A stretch of 64,000 nt of DNA from Rhodanobacteraceae bacterium. GTDB taxonomy: Bacteria; Pseudomonadota; Gammaproteobacteria; Xanthomonadales; Rhodanobacteraceae. Positions 62,352 to 64,000 of this stretch are shown here, piece after piece. Position 1 is the stretch's first letter. Each line of letters opens with the position of its first letter. Position numbers and translations under genes: made by a program. The stretch covers positions 2,397 to 66,396 of the forward strand of contig DATNFU010000016.1 in the NCBI GenBank assembly GCA_035606235.1. Reading direction: 5' to 3'. The notes under the pieces are model-generated. The model saw only the letters and a list, made by a program, of their open reading frames with translations. It was not told the origin of the DNA and made no database searches.

Positions 62352-62793
62352 GTCGATCCGCCGTCGCCTCGGCACGACCTATCCCGCGCCTTTCGATCAG
62401 CCCTGCCTTGCCCGTGCGCGGCGCGCGCTGGGTGATGCCGGCGGGCTCGGCGACTTTGGCGTGAATCTTCTGGATCTGCCGCCCGGCGCCTGGTCCAGCC
62501 AACGCCATTGGCATTCGGCCGAGGACGAATTCGTGTGGGTATTATCCGGCGAAGTCGTGCTGGTGGAAGATGCCGGCGAAACGCTGCTGCGTGCCGGCGA
62601 TTGCGCGGCATTCCAGAAGGGCTCGGCGAATGGCCATCATCTGATCAATCGTTCGAGTGCTTCCGCGACCTGCCTGGAAGTGGGCACGCGCAGCAGCGAC
62701 GACGTGTGCACCTACTCCGACATCGATATGCGGATTGACAGCAAGATCGGACATTACACACGCAAGGACGGGGAGCGGTATCCGGACAGGTAA
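62332..62793 (+). CDS. Cupin domain-containing protein
   Basis: 153 aa; HWHSAEDEFVWVLSGEVVL...GHHLIN cupin motifs. It overlaps the fadD 3' end by 20 nt if ATG 62332 is used. Confidence 0.75.
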   Translation: MPKLELESIRRRLGTTYPAPFDQPCLARARRALGDAGGLGDFGVNLLDLPPGAWSSQRHWHSAEDEFVWVLSGEVVLVEDAGETLLRAGDCAAFQKGSANGHHLINRSSASATCLEVGTRSSDDVCTYSDIDMRIDSKIGHYTRKDGERYPDR

Positions 62794-62959
62794 TTGGGCG
62801 CAATGGGCCAAGTCTTGCATCGACGTTCCGCGATGGCTCCCGCCACTCGGGGACTGCAACGGGACGACCCACGCGGCAATGATTAATCATGGCAAAGCTT
62901 ATTGCGGCGCATTTTGCCGGCTGTGCAATATGACTCCCCACGGTCATGCCAGCTGCCGC

Positions 62960-63340
62960 TTAGTGGTCGCTCCACGGCTCCAGCGCATCCGCATAGCCGC
63001 CCAGCAGTTCCCATAGCGGCGTCTGCTTGTCTTCGGGAATACGCTCGAACGCAAAGCCGATCCGATCCCCGGACACGCGTGCGACGCGCGCCTCCAGATG
63101 GATGTTGAGATTTTCATTGAAGAGCATGTCCAGCACCCAGAGGTCGCCTGGCTCCCCTTTCCAGTTACCCGGCCGGGCCAGTAGCGCGCCGGTGGCGGAA
63201 ATGTCTTCCAACTCGGTCGCCCAGACGTCACCGCGGCGGCTCAGCAGCACTGCTATCTGGCTTTTCATGCGCGCGTGGCGCAAGCCTGCCGCATCCATCT
63301 GCGTCTTGTCGTGCGTCTCATCTTCAGCCATCACGTCCAT
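62960..63340 (-). CDS. PilZ domain-containing protein
   Basis: 126 aa; LRHARMKS ... EDISATGALL resembles the RxxxR / DxSxxG c-di-GMP binding motifs. Confidence 0.65.
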   Translation of the reverse strand: MDVMAEDETHDKTQMDAAGLRHARMKSQIAVLLSRRGDVWATELEDISATGALLARPGNWKGEPGDLWVLDMLFNENLNIHLEARVARVSGDRIGFAFERIPEDKQTPLWELLGGYADALEPWSDH

Positions 63341-63407
63341 GGGTCCTCTGTGCGCACTATTACGTATTGACAGCAGATATTCCTGCCTGCACTACTCGCA
63401 AGGACGG

Positions 63408-64000
63408 CTATTCGCTTCCGGTCGAAGTTCGTAGCGCCCTGCCCCGAGTCAAGCTGCCTTCGCCGAAGCGTTCGTTGATGCGATCCTGCACGCCGTCCGC
63501 GGCATCGGCGGCGCGCGCGAATAAATCCGGTTGCGCCACCGCCTCGAAACCACTCAGGCTCACGCCCAGTAAACGCAACCTGCGCTTGCCTCCCGATTGC
63601 CACCAGGACGCTAGCAAATCACGGGCCAGCGCGTGGATTTCGGCGGTGGCATCCGAGGGCACCGCCAGGGTCGCCTGCCGGGTATGGGTGACGAACGGCG
63701 GCTCGCGCAATTTTAAATGCACTACCCGCCCACGCAAGCCGGCGCGCCGCACCCGCGCGGTCACGCGCTCGCACAGACGCAGCAGCCAGGTTGCCGCCTG
63801 CTGGAAGGTTTCAAGGTCGTGCGCAAAAGTGGTTTCCGCGCCTATTGATTTCTCGCGTGCGTCCGCTTGCACCGCACGTTCATCCTCGCCACGAGCCAGC
63901 GCCTGCAGTGAAGTGACGTCGCGGCCCAACGCCTGGCGCAAAAGGTCGGAATGTGCGCGGCGCAACTCGCCAATGCGACGGATGCCGACCGCTTCCAGCG
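63408..64000 (-). CDS. dinB: DNA polymerase IV (C-terminal part; the gene continues past the right edge)
   Basis: KSIGAETTFAHDL ... little-finger region; the reading frame stays open upstream through RRIGELRRAHSDLL to position 64000. Confidence 0.85.
   Translation of the reverse strand, partial: LEAVGIRRIGELRRAHSDLLRQALGRDVTSLQALARGEDERAVQADAREKSIGAETTFAHDLETFQQAATWLLRLCERVTARVRRAGLRGRVVHLKLREPPFVTHTRQATLAVPSDATAEIHALARDLLASWWQSGGKRRLRLLGVSLSGFEAVAQPDLFARAADAADGVQDRINERFGEGSLTRGRALRTSTGSE

Overview
This is a GC-rich gammaproteobacterial chromosome segment whose gene order closely parallels core blocks of Pseudomonas and Xanthomonadales. It holds about 60 protein genes, mostly on the minus strand. 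I recognised no rRNA, tRNA, CRISPR array, transposase or integrase. Gene starts were set by counting residues in the supplied ORF track and checking for ATG/GTG plus a Shine-Dalgarno sequence, so they may be off by a few codons.

Gene content from left to right:
- Left end: a frameshifted CheB-CheR-PAS fusion (runs off the left edge), a sensor-less histidine kinase, a sigma-54-type promoter in front of an atypical receiver-like protein, and BON and hemerythrin stress proteins.
- tadA, guaA-guaB, a DUF167 gene, folD and a DUF1244 gene.
- Rhodanese-moeB and an in-frame mobA-moeA fusion.
- der-bamB-yfgM, then an unexplained 407-bp gap where ispG-hisS would be expected, then rodZ-pilW-rlmN-ndk.
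- A PsrA-like TetR regulator with a matching palindromic operator, followed by a beta-oxidation gene pair.
- DUF456, YciI, an ICMT/MddA-like membrane methyltransferase, a secreted BNR/sialidase-like propeller, an FAD oxidoreductase and a Cys/Met-family PLP enzyme.
- galU, a wbpM-like gene, a wbpL-like gene, lapB-lapA, ihfB, rpsA, cmk, aroA, hisC, serA, a hairpin-dense spacer, and serC.
- A double-FHA membrane protein, a small PHA-system protein, infA, clpA-clpS and NUDIX-mnmA-hflD.
- An AT-richer islet carrying a Phd/YefM-type antitoxin, a zeta/COG4185-like P-loop kinase and an orphan lipoprotein.
- A ClC-CBS channel, acnA, a lipoprotein, fadD, a cupin, a PilZ protein and a partial dinB.

Most of the window is ordinary core genome. 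The most accessory-looking element is the Phd-zeta-like pair at 53.6-54.6 kb. The most unusual regulatory architecture is at the left end (0-5 kb).
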